Shown here piece by piece: positions 1 to 8,976 of a stretch of DNA of 35,420 nucleotides. How positions within the stretch are numbered: position 1 is the first letter of the stretch; each line of letters opens with the position of its first letter. The position numbers and the translations under genes were made by a program. The DNA lies in contig CACZPG010000318.1 of NCBI GenBank assembly GCA_902782965.1, positions 1-35,420 on the forward strand, in the 5' to 3' direction. Below the pieces are notes generated by a model that had not been told where the DNA came from, did no database searches, and worked only from the letters and a program-made list of their open reading frames with translations. Source of the DNA: an uncultured Lachnospiraceae bacterium. GTDB taxonomy: Bacteria > Bacillota > Clostridia > Lachnospirales > Lachnospiraceae.

Positions 1-343
1 CCCACTCTATTTCAGACTTACCTTTTATATTCTTAAGAGCTGCCATATAGTCAAGAAACTGCCATACCGTCAGTTCCTCGAAAAGTCCGAAGGTCTGGGG
101 AAGATATCCCAGCTTTCTTTTGAAATCATTTTCCTGCTCCAGCAGCTTCTTTCCATCCACCATTATCTGTCCCTTAGTCTCCATCAGACCGGCGGTCATC
201 AGCTTCATCAGAGTTGACTTTCCTGCACCATTGGGCCCGAGTATTCCTACAAAATCAGGACTCTGAACAGAGAAACTCACATCAGACAGAGCCTTCTTCC
301 CGGAAGGGTATATCATTGTTACATCGTTAATATCGAATTGCAT
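1..343 (-). CDS. ABC transporter ATP-binding protein (5' part; runs off the window edge)
   Basis: Not in the ORF track. Manual translation from ATG at 343 gives MQFDINDVTMIYPSGKKALSDVSF...GILGPNGAGKSTLMK (Walker A)...LGYLPQTFGLFEELTV (Q-loop). RBS AAAGGAG lies upstream. Confidence 0.93.
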   Translation of the reverse strand, partial: MQFDINDVTMIYPSGKKALSDVSFSVQSPDFVGILGPNGAGKSTLMKLMTAGLMETKGQIMVDGKKLLEQENDFKRKLGYLPQTFGLFEELTVWQFLDYMAALKNIKGKSEIEW

Positions 344-543
344 CTTTGTCTCCTTTTGATATTTTGTTTTAATCTTGTCATTGTTATTTTTTTGTCTTTG
401 ATCTTTTTGGTTTTGATTAACTCAAAAAATGGCAGGGTCTTACGTATTGTTCATATATCAATACTCATCGGACTCTACCATAGTTTTTATCATTTATTAT
501 TTGTAGTGTGGCTGTGGGAAATGTGGAGTTTGTGTGAAGATGC

Positions 544-727
544 AATTTTCAGAAGGTTCAGATATAACAGAATATTGACGTGCTAACTTGTTAGCTAAGT
601 CATTATTCTGTTATATCTGAAAACCCTGAAAGGGTTGTGTCACAGTCATGAGGTATGTGTCTGCGTAGCAGACAGTAGAGCACGAAGTGCGAACATACCG
701 AATGCGTGAAACAACCTTCTGAAAATT
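544..727. repeat. Nested inverted-repeat, REP-like structured intergenic element (copy 1)
   Basis: Perfect 15-bp terminal IR at 544-558/713-727 and 18-bp IR at 557-574/604-621. Hairpins AACCCT-GAA-AGGGTT, GTCTGC-GTA-GCAGAC and GCAC-GAA-GTGC. The 38-nt core 657-694 is 35/38 identical to 13353-13390. Confidence 0.8.
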
Positions 728-828
728 TCTTCTTAGAGGCCAAAATCGAGTTCCGCCGGCAACATTTTACGTCATTATAGCTGATAATGTTGCTTCCTGT
801 GCTACACCTTCTACCTATGCAATACTTT

Positions 829-1533
829 CTACACCTCCTGGACCTTATTGTTCATATTTATAATCAGATAAAATCCCAAGGCCGGATACACGATTGCAGA
901 AACAAGCTTTATGACAGTTACCGTCATTGCTGCTGATTCACCTACTGCCATGACAGTTGCTACTGAATTCAAAAAATACGAAATAGCAAAAAGCATAGGG
1001 AACACCCATATTGAAGGAAATACCTGTTCCCGGTCTTTATTTCGATAAAATATAACTGTGATGTAGATCATTACAGCTATTAATGCAAGATTTGAAAGAG
1101 CAGCATATGAAGAAAACAAAAGCTGATTTTTTATCAAGCTTAAACCTAAATTGCTTTTTAGTAATATAACCTGAATAAATTTATGAAGGATATACCATGC
1201 TATGGGAAGGATGATAACTATAGCTAACCCCCTTGAATTGTACCTTTTCTTTGCAAATAAAAATACAAATATAACAGCTGCTATCTGTAGAAGTCCTACT
1301 AATAAGCCTAAGTAGCTGTATCTTACAAAAGCCGCCTCACCCATTCGGGCTGAAAAAGTGGAACTATTAGAATAAATTGCAATCAGGCCTGATAGAATCA
1401 GGAAAATGCCCAGGTGTCTCACATATCCGTTTTTCTGGATTACTAATAATACACCTAAAATAAAATCAATAAGGCCTAATAATAGTAATACAATTCCAAT
1501 TAAGACCATAATAAATGATATCATGTCATGCAT
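829..1533 (-). CDS. Hypothetical polytopic membrane protein
   Basis: 234-aa ORF with about 6-7 hydrophobic segments; AAAGGGG RBS-like site upstream; co-oriented directly after the kinase gene. Confidence 0.75.
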   Translation of the reverse strand: MHDMISFIMVLIGIVLLLLGLIDFILGVLLVIQKNGYVRHLGIFLILSGLIAIYSNSSTFSARMGEAAFVRYSYLGLLVGLLQIAAVIFVFLFAKKRYNSRGLAIVIILPIAWYILHKFIQVILLKSNLGLSLIKNQLLFSSYAALSNLALIAVMIYITVIFYRNKDREQVFPSIWVFPMLFAISYFLNSVATVMAVGESAAMTVTVIKLVSAIVYPALGFYLIINMNNKVQEV

Positions 1534-1557
1534 ATTCTCAGTCGCCCCTTTTTTGAA

Positions 1558-3054
1558 TTACTTTTTTGAACTATTTTTTTGAACTACTTTAAACTCAACT
1601 CCATCGTTGGTATTCTTTACACTGTACTCGGCACCGAACATCTCCAGGACCATTCCTGTTATATATAGCCCCAATCCACTGCCGTCCTTGTTACTGGTAT
1701 CAGCTCTGTAGAATGCTTCAAAGATATGTGGCAGGTGTTGCTCATCTATGTGGGCAGGAGAATTTATAACCCTTAGTTCAACCTGATTATCTGATTCAGC
1801 ATTTACAAATATTTCAGGAGTATCGGTAGTTCTTAATTCCACTGCAGTGGGATGATTCGGATTATTTGGATTATTAGGTTTATTAGGTTTGCTTTTCTGA
1901 ATCAATTCTACACGTACAGTGCCACCCACCGGGGTATATTTAAATGCATTTCCAAGCACATTTCCCAGCGCTTTCTTCAGAAGATTTTCATCACCTCTGA
2001 AGTTAACATTATCGGGAACTTCATATTCAAGATTGATATTCTTCTCTGTAATCAGTCCGTCATAGAATGCAATTTCTTCATCCAGTATACTGTCGATTCT
2101 GACAGTCTTCTGATCGTCAACATCTCCCATATCTATATGGGATACCAGGAGGATCTCATTGATGAAGCTTACCAGTTCATTTAATGTATTACTGCATTTT
2201 TCAAGATATTTATCTCTGTCTTTATATACTCCTATTCCGGAACGCATTCCTTCTATCTGACCAATTACCACAGATATAGGAGTTTTAAGTTCATGAGATA
2301 CCCCGGAGAAGAAGAGCATCCTTCTTCTCTCGCGTTCTTTCTCGAGAGATATCTCATTCTTAAGATATAGATTCTTGTCATTTAGTTTGGTCAGAGCCGC
2401 ACTAAGTTCATCCGAAAGTTTATTCAGACTCTTGGCCAGAACCCCTATTTCATCATCTCGTTCGTCCGGACAGTACCAGTCAAAATCCTGTTCAGCCATT
2501 CTCTGGGCTATCCTGCTCATTCTTACAATTGGTTTCTTCATATAATAGGAGAATATTTTCGCACCTACAAAAGAAAGAATAAGAGCAGCAGCCAGAACGA
2601 AGGGGAGGCTCAGGATTATGCTTTTTCTGAAAGTTTCGGTCCTTGAATGTCCCGTCATTATATATAGAACATATTCCTCTGTTCTGTCACTGAAATGAAG
2701 GGGATATGTAAGAACTTCGTCAGGATCTCCACTCAGCTTCGATGAAGCTTCTTCCGGAAGATCAGGTGACGGAAGATCAGATGACAGGATATCAGTATTG
2801 TAATCCTCTGAATCTATCAGTTTGACATTTGCTCCGGAATTCATTGCAAATTTATTGATTTTTGCTTCTGCTTCCGACAGGGAAATATTCATGCATTTGT
2901 CTGCCAGTTCTTTGGATTCGGATTCAATATACCTGTTATATTTCTTAACTCCGGAATATGGAGTGAAAATATAAAGCATCAGATATATCGAGCCCATAAT
3001 AAGAACGGACATGAGCATAAATGTTATAAAGGTTTTTATCGTAAGATTTTTCAT
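1558..3054 (-). CDS. Sensor histidine kinase (2 TM, HAMP, HisKA, HATPase)
   Basis: H-box VSHELKTP, HAMP DEIGVLAKSLNKL, N-box NVLGNAFKYT, F-box HIFEAFYRAD, G2 GSGLGL; overlaps the regulator stop by 4 nt. Confidence 0.95.
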   Translation of the reverse strand: MKNLTIKTFITFMLMSVLIMGSIYLMLYIFTPYSGVKKYNRYIESESKELADKCMNISLSEAEAKINKFAMNSGANVKLIDSEDYNTDILSSDLPSPDLPEEASSKLSGDPDEVLTYPLHFSDRTEEYVLYIMTGHSRTETFRKSIILSLPFVLAAALILSFVGAKIFSYYMKKPIVRMSRIAQRMAEQDFDWYCPDERDDEIGVLAKSLNKLSDELSAALTKLNDKNLYLKNEISLEKERERRRMLFFSGVSHELKTPISVVIGQIEGMRSGIGVYKDRDKYLEKCSNTLNELVSFINEILLVSHIDMGDVDDQKTVRIDSILDEEIAFYDGLITEKNINLEYEVPDNVNFRGDENLLKKALGNVLGNAFKYTPVGGTVRVELIQKSKPNKPNNPNNPNHPTAVELRTTDTPEIFVNAESDNQVELRVINSPAHIDEQHLPHIFEAFYRADTSNKDGSGLGLYITGMVLEMFGAEYSVKNTNDGVEFKVVQKNSSKK

Positions 3055-3710
3055 ATGAGTTTGTAACCAATACCTCTGACAGTTTCTATGCAGTCACCTG
3101 CACCCAGTTTTTTTCTTATATTCTTTATATGTGTATCTACGATTCTTGTATCCTCATAGTATTCATAATCCCAGAGTTTGGACAGAAGGGCTTTTCTGGT
3201 TACAACTCCGCCACCGGCCTTTATCAGCTCCTGGAGTATTTCAAATTCCTTCAGTGTAAATTCCACATCTCTGCCATCTGCTTTGACGGTATGAGTATTT
3301 ACATCCAGAACTATACCCTTAAAGGATAGGGTGTCTTCCCCTGATACTTTGCCACTTCTCCTGAGAATAGCTTCCACTTTGCTTACAAGAACTGGCATGG
3401 AAATAGTTTTTGAAATATATTCATCAACCTTCAGACTGTAACCTTTCAGCTGATCTTCTTCACTGAATTTTGCAGTAAGCATAATGATAGGAACATCACT
3501 TTTCTTTCTAATGAGTTCACAAAGGGTGAAGCCGTCAATTTTAGGAAGCATTATATCCAGTATTATCAGATCAAACTCCCTTTCCTCCATACAGTCAAAT
3601 GCCTGGAGTCCATCGCCGGCAGTCGTTACTGCAAAACCCGAATTTGAAAGAAAATTTACCAGCAGCTCCTGGTAGTCTTCATTATCCTCTACTACAAGTA
3701 TCTGATTCAT
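3051..3710 (-). CDS. OmpR/PhoB-family response regulator
   Basis: Receiver motifs ILVVEDN, ILDIMLP (phospho-Asp) and IIMLTAK; winged-helix C-terminus VDTHIKNIRKKL...TVRGIGY; GAGG RBS. Confidence 0.96.
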   Translation of the reverse strand: MNQILVVEDNEDYQELLVNFLSNSGFAVTTAGDGLQAFDCMEEREFDLIILDIMLPKIDGFTLCELIRKKSDVPIIMLTAKFSEEDQLKGYSLKVDEYISKTISMPVLVSKVEAILRRSGKVSGEDTLSFKGIVLDVNTHTVKADGRDVEFTLKEFEILQELIKAGGGVVTRKALLSKLWDYEYYEDTRIVDTHIKNIRKKLGAGDCIETVRGIGYKLI

Positions 3711-3775
3711 ATTTATCTAACCTCTTAATCTCTAAAATATTGCAACCTTTTGCTAAAACAGGTGATGCATCTGTG

Positions 3776-4909
3776 TTACCAGATAGAAAAGAAATATCCT
3801 GCAAGGGGCGACAACACAATCATTATCACCGAAAATGTAAAGGATGAAATGGATATAAGTGTCGCTCTCTGTTCAGATGGAAACATGTCCTGAAGCTTAG
3901 CATCAGTTCGTATCTGAATAGCGTCATCAGCCATGGCAGATATGAATCCACCCAGCACCATCAGCCCTATTATTGAAGTATGTTCCAGAAGCACTCCTGT
4001 AAGCACTCCGGTTGTACATATAATAAATACGCTGACATATCTGGCTTTCTTTGCTTTTAGAATCAGTCTGGCTCCGACTATCCCGCCAAGCTCCATAATA
4101 AAGAGTGCCGGACCCAGCAGCCAGTTTGATATTCCGGCAGACTTAAGTTTGCTCTGTAGGAAGAACAGCAGAAGAATATCTACAGCACCTACAAATGAAT
4201 TTAGAAACATAAGCTTTGCTGCCTTGGAGTTATTATACAGAAATCTGATACTGTCTGCAAAAAATAAGATCATTCCTTTAAGAAGTGATTTATCTTTTCG
4301 GGCCTTACTGCCCTTTATTTCAAATAGCTTCAGAGTAAAGAAAAGAGTAATACAACCCATAAGTGCACTTATCAGATATGACTTTCTGTATCCGAGGTAC
4401 AGGGCAAGTCCTGCGGCAAGTGTAGAAATACCACTTGCAATTCTGTAAATTATGGACTGGTTAGAAACATATTTCTCATACCCTGCCTGAGCATTTTCGC
4501 GTTTCATGGAATCGTATGCCAATGCCTCCCCGGATCCGGATGCAAAATTATAGGCCATTGCATGGAAGGGCATGGAGAGGAGCACCAGTGCGTAGTCCTG
4601 TGAGAAAAACATAACCAGATCACCGGTGATTGCCATTAGATTTCCCAGTGCCAGCATTTTCTTTCGACCGTATATATCTGCCAGCATTCCCGATGGAATC
4701 TCACATATAAGACTCGTAATGTGAAATACGGTTTCTGCAAAGCCAATCTGTACAAGTGAGAAGCCTCTTGCAGCAAGTATTACAACCCATGCTCCGGTAA
4801 GTGACAGATTGCCGAGAATACCTGTTATATATAAAGTCCGAATCTGTTTTCGCAGACTGAATTTTCCGGAATTGTTTATTAGATTATTAGTATTATTATC
4901 GTTTGACAT
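3776..4909 (-). CDS. MFS transporter (probable efflux type)
   Basis: Motif A-like EIPSGMLADIYGRKK, many TM segments, C-terminal PSEQRATLIS. ATG at 4909 is preferred over 4927 because GAAGGGAG (4917-4924) is spaced as its SD. Confidence 0.9.
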   Translation of the reverse strand: MSNDNNTNNLINNSGKFSLRKQIRTLYITGILGNLSLTGAWVVILAARGFSLVQIGFAETVFHITSLICEIPSGMLADIYGRKKMLALGNLMAITGDLVMFFSQDYALVLLSMPFHAMAYNFASGSGEALAYDSMKRENAQAGYEKYVSNQSIIYRIASGISTLAAGLALYLGYRKSYLISALMGCITLFFTLKLFEIKGSKARKDKSLLKGMILFFADSIRFLYNNSKAAKLMFLNSFVGAVDILLLFFLQSKLKSAGISNWLLGPALFIMELGGIVGARLILKAKKARYVSVFIICTTGVLTGVLLEHTSIIGLMVLGGFISAMADDAIQIRTDAKLQDMFPSEQRATLISISSFTFSVIMIVLSPLAGYFFSIW

Positions 4910-4915
4910 TAAAAA

Positions 4916-5067
4916 ATCTCCCTTCATTGTTCGTGAACTCGAGGCCTCTTCAGGCGCTCTCTCAAACTAACGGGAGATAAATGTATCCTATTTCATTGAA
5001 GGTCAGTTTCTGTACTCGACTGAACATTTCACCTGAAAATGGGCGCACTATCCCCCTAAGGGAGAAA
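4916..5067 (-). promoter_or_regulatory. Putative translational attenuator of the MFS gene (mutually exclusive 1:2, 2:3 and 3:4 pairings)
   Basis: Transcript segments: 1 UUUCUCCCU (5059-5067), 2 GGGGGAUA (5049-5056), 3 UAUCUCCC (4972-4979), 4 GGGAGAU = SD (4916-4922). 3:4 closes a long stem over the SD; 2:3 closes an alternative long stem. Confidence 0.65.
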
Positions 5068-5112
5068 TGTGTAACCTTTAGTCAGTTGAACATTAATGTT
5101 TGTCCAGTACAT
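5056..5112 (-). CDS. Putative leader peptide MYWTNINVQLTKGYTFLP (18 aa)
   Basis: ATG at 5112 is preceded by AAGAGGAAAGG; TAG at 5056-5058. The last codons overlap attenuator segment 1. Confidence 0.65.
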   Translation of the reverse strand: MYWTNINVQLTKGYTFLP

Positions 5113-5143
5113 AGAACCTTTCCTCTTTTCTTAATCTTAGTTG

Positions 5144-5173
5144 ATAATAACCCTTGAATTCGACCACAGTCAA
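5144..5173 (-). promoter_or_regulatory. Putative sigma70 promoter for the leader/MFS transcript
   Basis: TTGACT-N18-TATTAT on the minus strand just upstream of the leader RBS. Confidence 0.45.
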
Positions 5174-5236
5174 GTTAAAAAAATGTGACATTTATAAAAA
5201 AATTAGAAGAATGTGTGAAATTGATTTACATAATGT

Positions 5237-5264
5237 TTGAATTATGTGAATTATGTGTTATAAT
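5237..5264 (+). promoter_or_regulatory. Putative sigma70 promoter (extended -10) for the aminotransferase
   Basis: TTGAAT-N16-TATAAT with a TGn extension; the region includes tandem TGAATTATG x2. Confidence 0.55.
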
Positions 5265-5329
5265 CCCACTTTGGGATAGTATCCTCAATATTTCTTTATA
5301 TTGTAGATAGAGAAGAGGTGTTTTACAAA

Positions 5330-6550
5330 ATGAGAAAATTTGAAAAGTCGGTTAAGCTTAATAATGTTTGTTATGATATTCGAGGTCCTGTTATGGATGA
5401 AGCGAATCGCATGATAGCAAGAGGAGAGGAAATTCTTAAGCTTAATATCGGTAACCCGGCTCCCTTCGGGTTCAGAGCACCCGACAGTCTGATAGAAATA
5501 ATGTCAGGAAATCTGACTAATACAGAAGGTTATTCAGATTCGAAAGGAATCGTAAGCGCTAGAGAAGCCATAAAGAAATATGACGAGAAGAAGAATATTC
5601 CAAATGTGACGATTGATGATATATATACCGGAAATGGTGTCAGTGAGCTTATCACTCTTTCTATGCAGGGACTTCTGGATTACGGTGACGAAATACTTGT
5701 TCCATCACCGGATTATCCGCTATGGACTGCATCGGTTACTCTTGCCGGAGGAACTGCAGTTCATTATATCTGTGATGAAGAATCGAACTGGTACCCGGAT
5801 GTTAAGGACATCGAGAGGAAGATAACTCCGCGTACTAAAGGTATAGTAGTAATAAATCCCAATAATCCAACGGGAGCACTTTATCCGAAGGATATTCTTG
5901 AGGAAATAGTAAAGCTTGCCAGAATGCATGATCTGATTATTTTTGCAGATGAGATATACGACAGACTTGTAATGGATGGAAAGAAGCATACTTCAATTGC
6001 CAGTCTTGCTCCGGATCTCGTGTGCATCACCTATAACGGACTTTCCAAGTCTCATCTGATCGCAGGTTACAGAGTCGGATGGATGAGTATTTCAGGAGAT
6101 AAGTCTCAGGCTAAGGGTTATATAGAAGGAATCAAACTGCTTTCTTCCATGAGACTTTGTTCGAACGTGCCGGCACAGTCATTGATAGCACCGGCTCTTG
6201 AAATGATGGGTGAAACCGAGAAGCTTGTGGCACCGGGTGGAAGAGTATATCAACAGAGAGAATGTATAGTAAATCTTATCAATGATATTCCGGGTGTCAG
6301 TGTTGTGAAGCCGGAGGCAGCATTCTACTGTTTCCCTAAGCTGGATGTTAAGAAATTCAATATCCATGATGATGAGAGATTTGCACTTGATGTACTTAGA
6401 AAGAAGAAGATTCTTTTCACCCATGGTGGAGGCTTCCATTGGGAGACACCTGATCATTTCAGGATAGTTTATCTGCCGGAGATGGAGGTTCTGAAGAAGG
6501 CTGGAGAAAGTCTGAAAGAATTTCTGGCTGATTATAAGCAGGCTGACTGA
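5330..6550 (+). CDS. alaA: PLP-dependent class I aminotransferase, AlaA/YfbQ (glutamate-pyruvate) type
   Basis: KLNNVCYDIRGPV, LKLNIGNPAPFGF, GNGVSELI, NPNNPTG, DEIYD, NGLSKSH (PLP Lys), HFRIVYLP. ATG 5330 follows a GAGGTG RBS; the ORF track starts at GTG 5318. Confidence 0.88.
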   Translation: MRKFEKSVKLNNVCYDIRGPVMDEANRMIARGEEILKLNIGNPAPFGFRAPDSLIEIMSGNLTNTEGYSDSKGIVSAREAIKKYDEKKNIPNVTIDDIYTGNGVSELITLSMQGLLDYGDEILVPSPDYPLWTASVTLAGGTAVHYICDEESNWYPDVKDIERKITPRTKGIVVINPNNPTGALYPKDILEEIVKLARMHDLIIFADEIYDRLVMDGKKHTSIASLAPDLVCITYNGLSKSHLIAGYRVGWMSISGDKSQAKGYIEGIKLLSSMRLCSNVPAQSLIAPALEMMGETEKLVAPGGRVYQQRECIVNLINDIPGVSVVKPEAAFYCFPKLDVKKFNIHDDERFALDVLRKKKILFTHGGGFHWETPDHFRIVYLPEMEVLKKAGESLKEFLADYKQAD

Positions 6551-6644
6551 TACGGATTCTTATTGTGATAATTATTGCTATGATATATAAAACTTAGATT
6601 AGTATAAGTGGATTTACATTGAAAATCTGCGGAATAATTAATAT

Positions 6645-7736
6645 ATGGGAGAGATAATGGATAAAGAACTGTGCGTTGAAAATAATATAAAAGGTCGCCT
6701 TTATGAGGATATTCTTGAGGTTACCAATTCTGAGATAGACTGGGCTGAATTCCAGGGTAAAACTGTGATGATCACAGGTGCATCCGGGTTTATCAGTTTC
6801 CATCTTGTAGCAGGATTACTCCTCAGAAATGATCTGTATGATTCAAAGATTCTGGTAATCGGAATGGTCAGAAGCATGGACAGAGCCATAAAGAAATATG
6901 GAGATATGGCAGCCAGAGAAGATCTGATTCTTGTGGAACAGGATGTCTGTGACAGCTTCGAAGAACTTCCGAAGGCGGATTACGTGATTCATGCCGCTTC
7001 CCAGGCGTCAAACTGGCATTTCGAGAATGATCCGGTAGGAACAATAAGAGCTAATCTTACCGGTACAGATAATGCGCTTGAATACGCGAGACGAAGTGGT
7101 GCAACTGCACTTGTAGTATCCAGTCTCAAAACCTATGGACTTGTGACTGACGGCTCTAAAGAACTCATGGAGGAAACTCAGGGATTCGTGGATCCTGATT
7201 CCTATAAGAACTGTTATGCTATGGGTAAACGTGCTTCCGAGACACTTGCTGCCAGCTACAGCAAACAGTATGGAATGGATATTAAGCTGGTAAGACCGAG
7301 TTACATTTTCGGTGCAGCCAGTCTTGATGATGACAGAGTATGGGCGCAGTTTATTGCAAATGTAGTCAGAGGAGAGAATATTCTTCTTAAGAGTGCCGGC
7401 GCTCCTTACAGATCTTTCTGTTATGTAACGGATACTGCAAGGGCTATTCTCACTGTACTGCTTAAGGGAGAGAATGTATTTCCTTACAATATATCAAGTG
7501 AAGAGGGTAATGTAACAATCCGTGATTTTGCCAGAAAAGCTGTTGAAGCATTCCCGGAAAGAGGTCTTACTCTCAGCTTTGCAAATCCTGAGGATGAGAA
7601 GGAAGTTACTATTGATTATTCCAGGCAGACACCGGAGATAATGAACAGTGACAGACTGCGTGAACTTGGCTGGGAACCTAAGGTAAATATTTCCGAAGGA
7701 ATAAAAAGGGCAGTTGCGATTTTAGAAGAAAAATGA
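6645..7736 (+). CDS. NAD-dependent nucleotide-sugar epimerase/dehydratase (extended SDR)
   Basis: Rossmann motif ITGASGFI, VIHAASQAS, YAMGK (YxxxK), RSFCYVTD, LRELGWEP. The start could be 6657. Confidence 0.9.
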   Translation: MGEIMDKELCVENNIKGRLYEDILEVTNSEIDWAEFQGKTVMITGASGFISFHLVAGLLLRNDLYDSKILVIGMVRSMDRAIKKYGDMAAREDLILVEQDVCDSFEELPKADYVIHAASQASNWHFENDPVGTIRANLTGTDNALEYARRSGATALVVSSLKTYGLVTDGSKELMEETQGFVDPDSYKNCYAMGKRASETLAASYSKQYGMDIKLVRPSYIFGAASLDDDRVWAQFIANVVRGENILLKSAGAPYRSFCYVTDTARAILTVLLKGENVFPYNISSEEGNVTIRDFARKAVEAFPERGLTLSFANPEDEKEVTIDYSRQTPEIMNSDRLRELGWEPKVNISEGIKRAVAILEEK

Positions 7737-7795
7737 TAGTATATATACGTAAAAGTGGGTAAGTGCACCCAATTGAGTATAGAAGGAACATACAA

Positions 7796-8890
7796 GTGGT
7801 TAAACTGGTAAAGATATTGATCGGCCTTGCGGCCGCATTTCTGCTGTTTGTTGTTGTGAATGATTATGTACAGGATTACAGAAATGCTTATGACGAGGAA
7901 TACACAAGTACATATTCAGAGCCCGGAGAGGAAGTAGTAGTTCAGATACCGGAAGACTCTTCTGCCAAAGAGGTTGCAGAGATACTTCATAAGGAAGGAC
8001 TCATCAGATTTGAAAGGGCATTTGTAAAGAGACTGCAGGAGTCTAAATTCAGAGGAAAGCTTCAGTCAGGCACATTTACATTACGAAAGGGCATGAATAC
8101 CCTTGAGATGATGGAGATAATGTCGAAGGAAGACGAGAATTCCAAAATTGTCAAGCAGCTGGTTATTCCTGAGGGATATACCATAGATATGATTGCCGCT
8201 AAATGTGAGGAAGAGGATATCTGCTCAAAGAGCGATTTCATTAATGCGGTTAAATCTATTACATCTAATGATTTCAAATATCTGGATGACGTTCCGTCTG
8301 GGGCTAATGTCAGATATAAACTGGAGGGATATCTGTTCCCTGCAACCTATGATATCACTAAGAATACAAAGGCTATTGATTTAGTAAATATGATGTTAAA
8401 TGCATTTAGCCTTTATTATACAGATGAACTGAATTCAATTGCGCTCGAAAGAGGAATGAATTCTTTTGAGGTGCTCACGGTTGCTTCTATGATAGAGAGA
8501 GAAGCGAAGATTGATTCGGAGAGACCTAAGATAGCATCAGTTATATATAACCGACTGGATGCAGAGATGCTTCTCCAGATCGACTCTACCATTCTTTATC
8601 CTATGACAGAAGGAAGGTATGATGTTCCGAAACTCAGTACGGATGATCTGGCATTCAGTTCACCATATAATACATATGTGTCCACCGGACTTCCCGTAGG
8701 ACCGATATGCAATCCCGGTCTTGCATGTATTAAGGCCGCACTGCAGCCAGAAGAAACCAGCTTTATGTATTATCATATAGTTGATGAAGAGAAAGGTGAG
8801 CATGTTTTCTCTGAGACATTAGAGGAGCATGAATCAACCCTTACAGATGACGGCAGCGGAGACTCATCCGGTGAAGGTGAGGGACAGTAA
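7796..8890 (+). CDS. mltG: Endolytic transglycosylase MltG (YceG family)
   Basis: N-terminal TM, IPEGYT, LEGYLFPATY, ASMIEREA (catalytic Glu), VIYNRL, SPYNTY, GLPVGPICNPG. GTG 7796 follows AGAAGGA; the ORF track starts at 7763. Confidence 0.92.
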   Translation: MVKLVKILIGLAAAFLLFVVVNDYVQDYRNAYDEEYTSTYSEPGEEVVVQIPEDSSAKEVAEILHKEGLIRFERAFVKRLQESKFRGKLQSGTFTLRKGMNTLEMMEIMSKEDENSKIVKQLVIPEGYTIDMIAAKCEEEDICSKSDFINAVKSITSNDFKYLDDVPSGANVRYKLEGYLFPATYDITKNTKAIDLVNMMLNAFSLYYTDELNSIALERGMNSFEVLTVASMIEREAKIDSERPKIASVIYNRLDAEMLLQIDSTILYPMTEGRYDVPKLSTDDLAFSSPYNTYVSTGLPVGPICNPGLACIKAALQPEETSFMYYHIVDEEKGEHVFSETLEEHESTLTDDGSGDSSGEGEGQ

Positions 8891-8976
8891 TCTGTATAGA
8901 AATATAGAATTTATCTACGTTTTCGAACGACTTATAAATTTAATTGTTACCCGAAGATTAGGAGGATATAGACAAA

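Noticed and set aside
354-420. Roughly 6-nt periodic TTTTGR-like tract
   Set aside because: Degenerate low-complexity sequence; cannot be distinguished from chance or assigned as an operator.
338-586. 82-aa + strand ORF
   Set aside because: It spans the T-rich upstream region of the minus-strand ABC gene and the repeat element; TTG start, no RBS, and its hydrophobicity reflects T-richness.
759-793. GCAACATT/AATGTTGC inverted repeat as a terminator
   Set aside because: Large irregular loop and no U tract in either direction.
5056-5112. Resemblance of the leader (W-T-N-I-N...P-stop) to TnaC (W-F-N-I-D...P-stop)
   Set aside because: Trp-to-Pro spacing is 15 rather than 12, the essential Asp is absent and there is no tryptophanase gene; not called tnaC.
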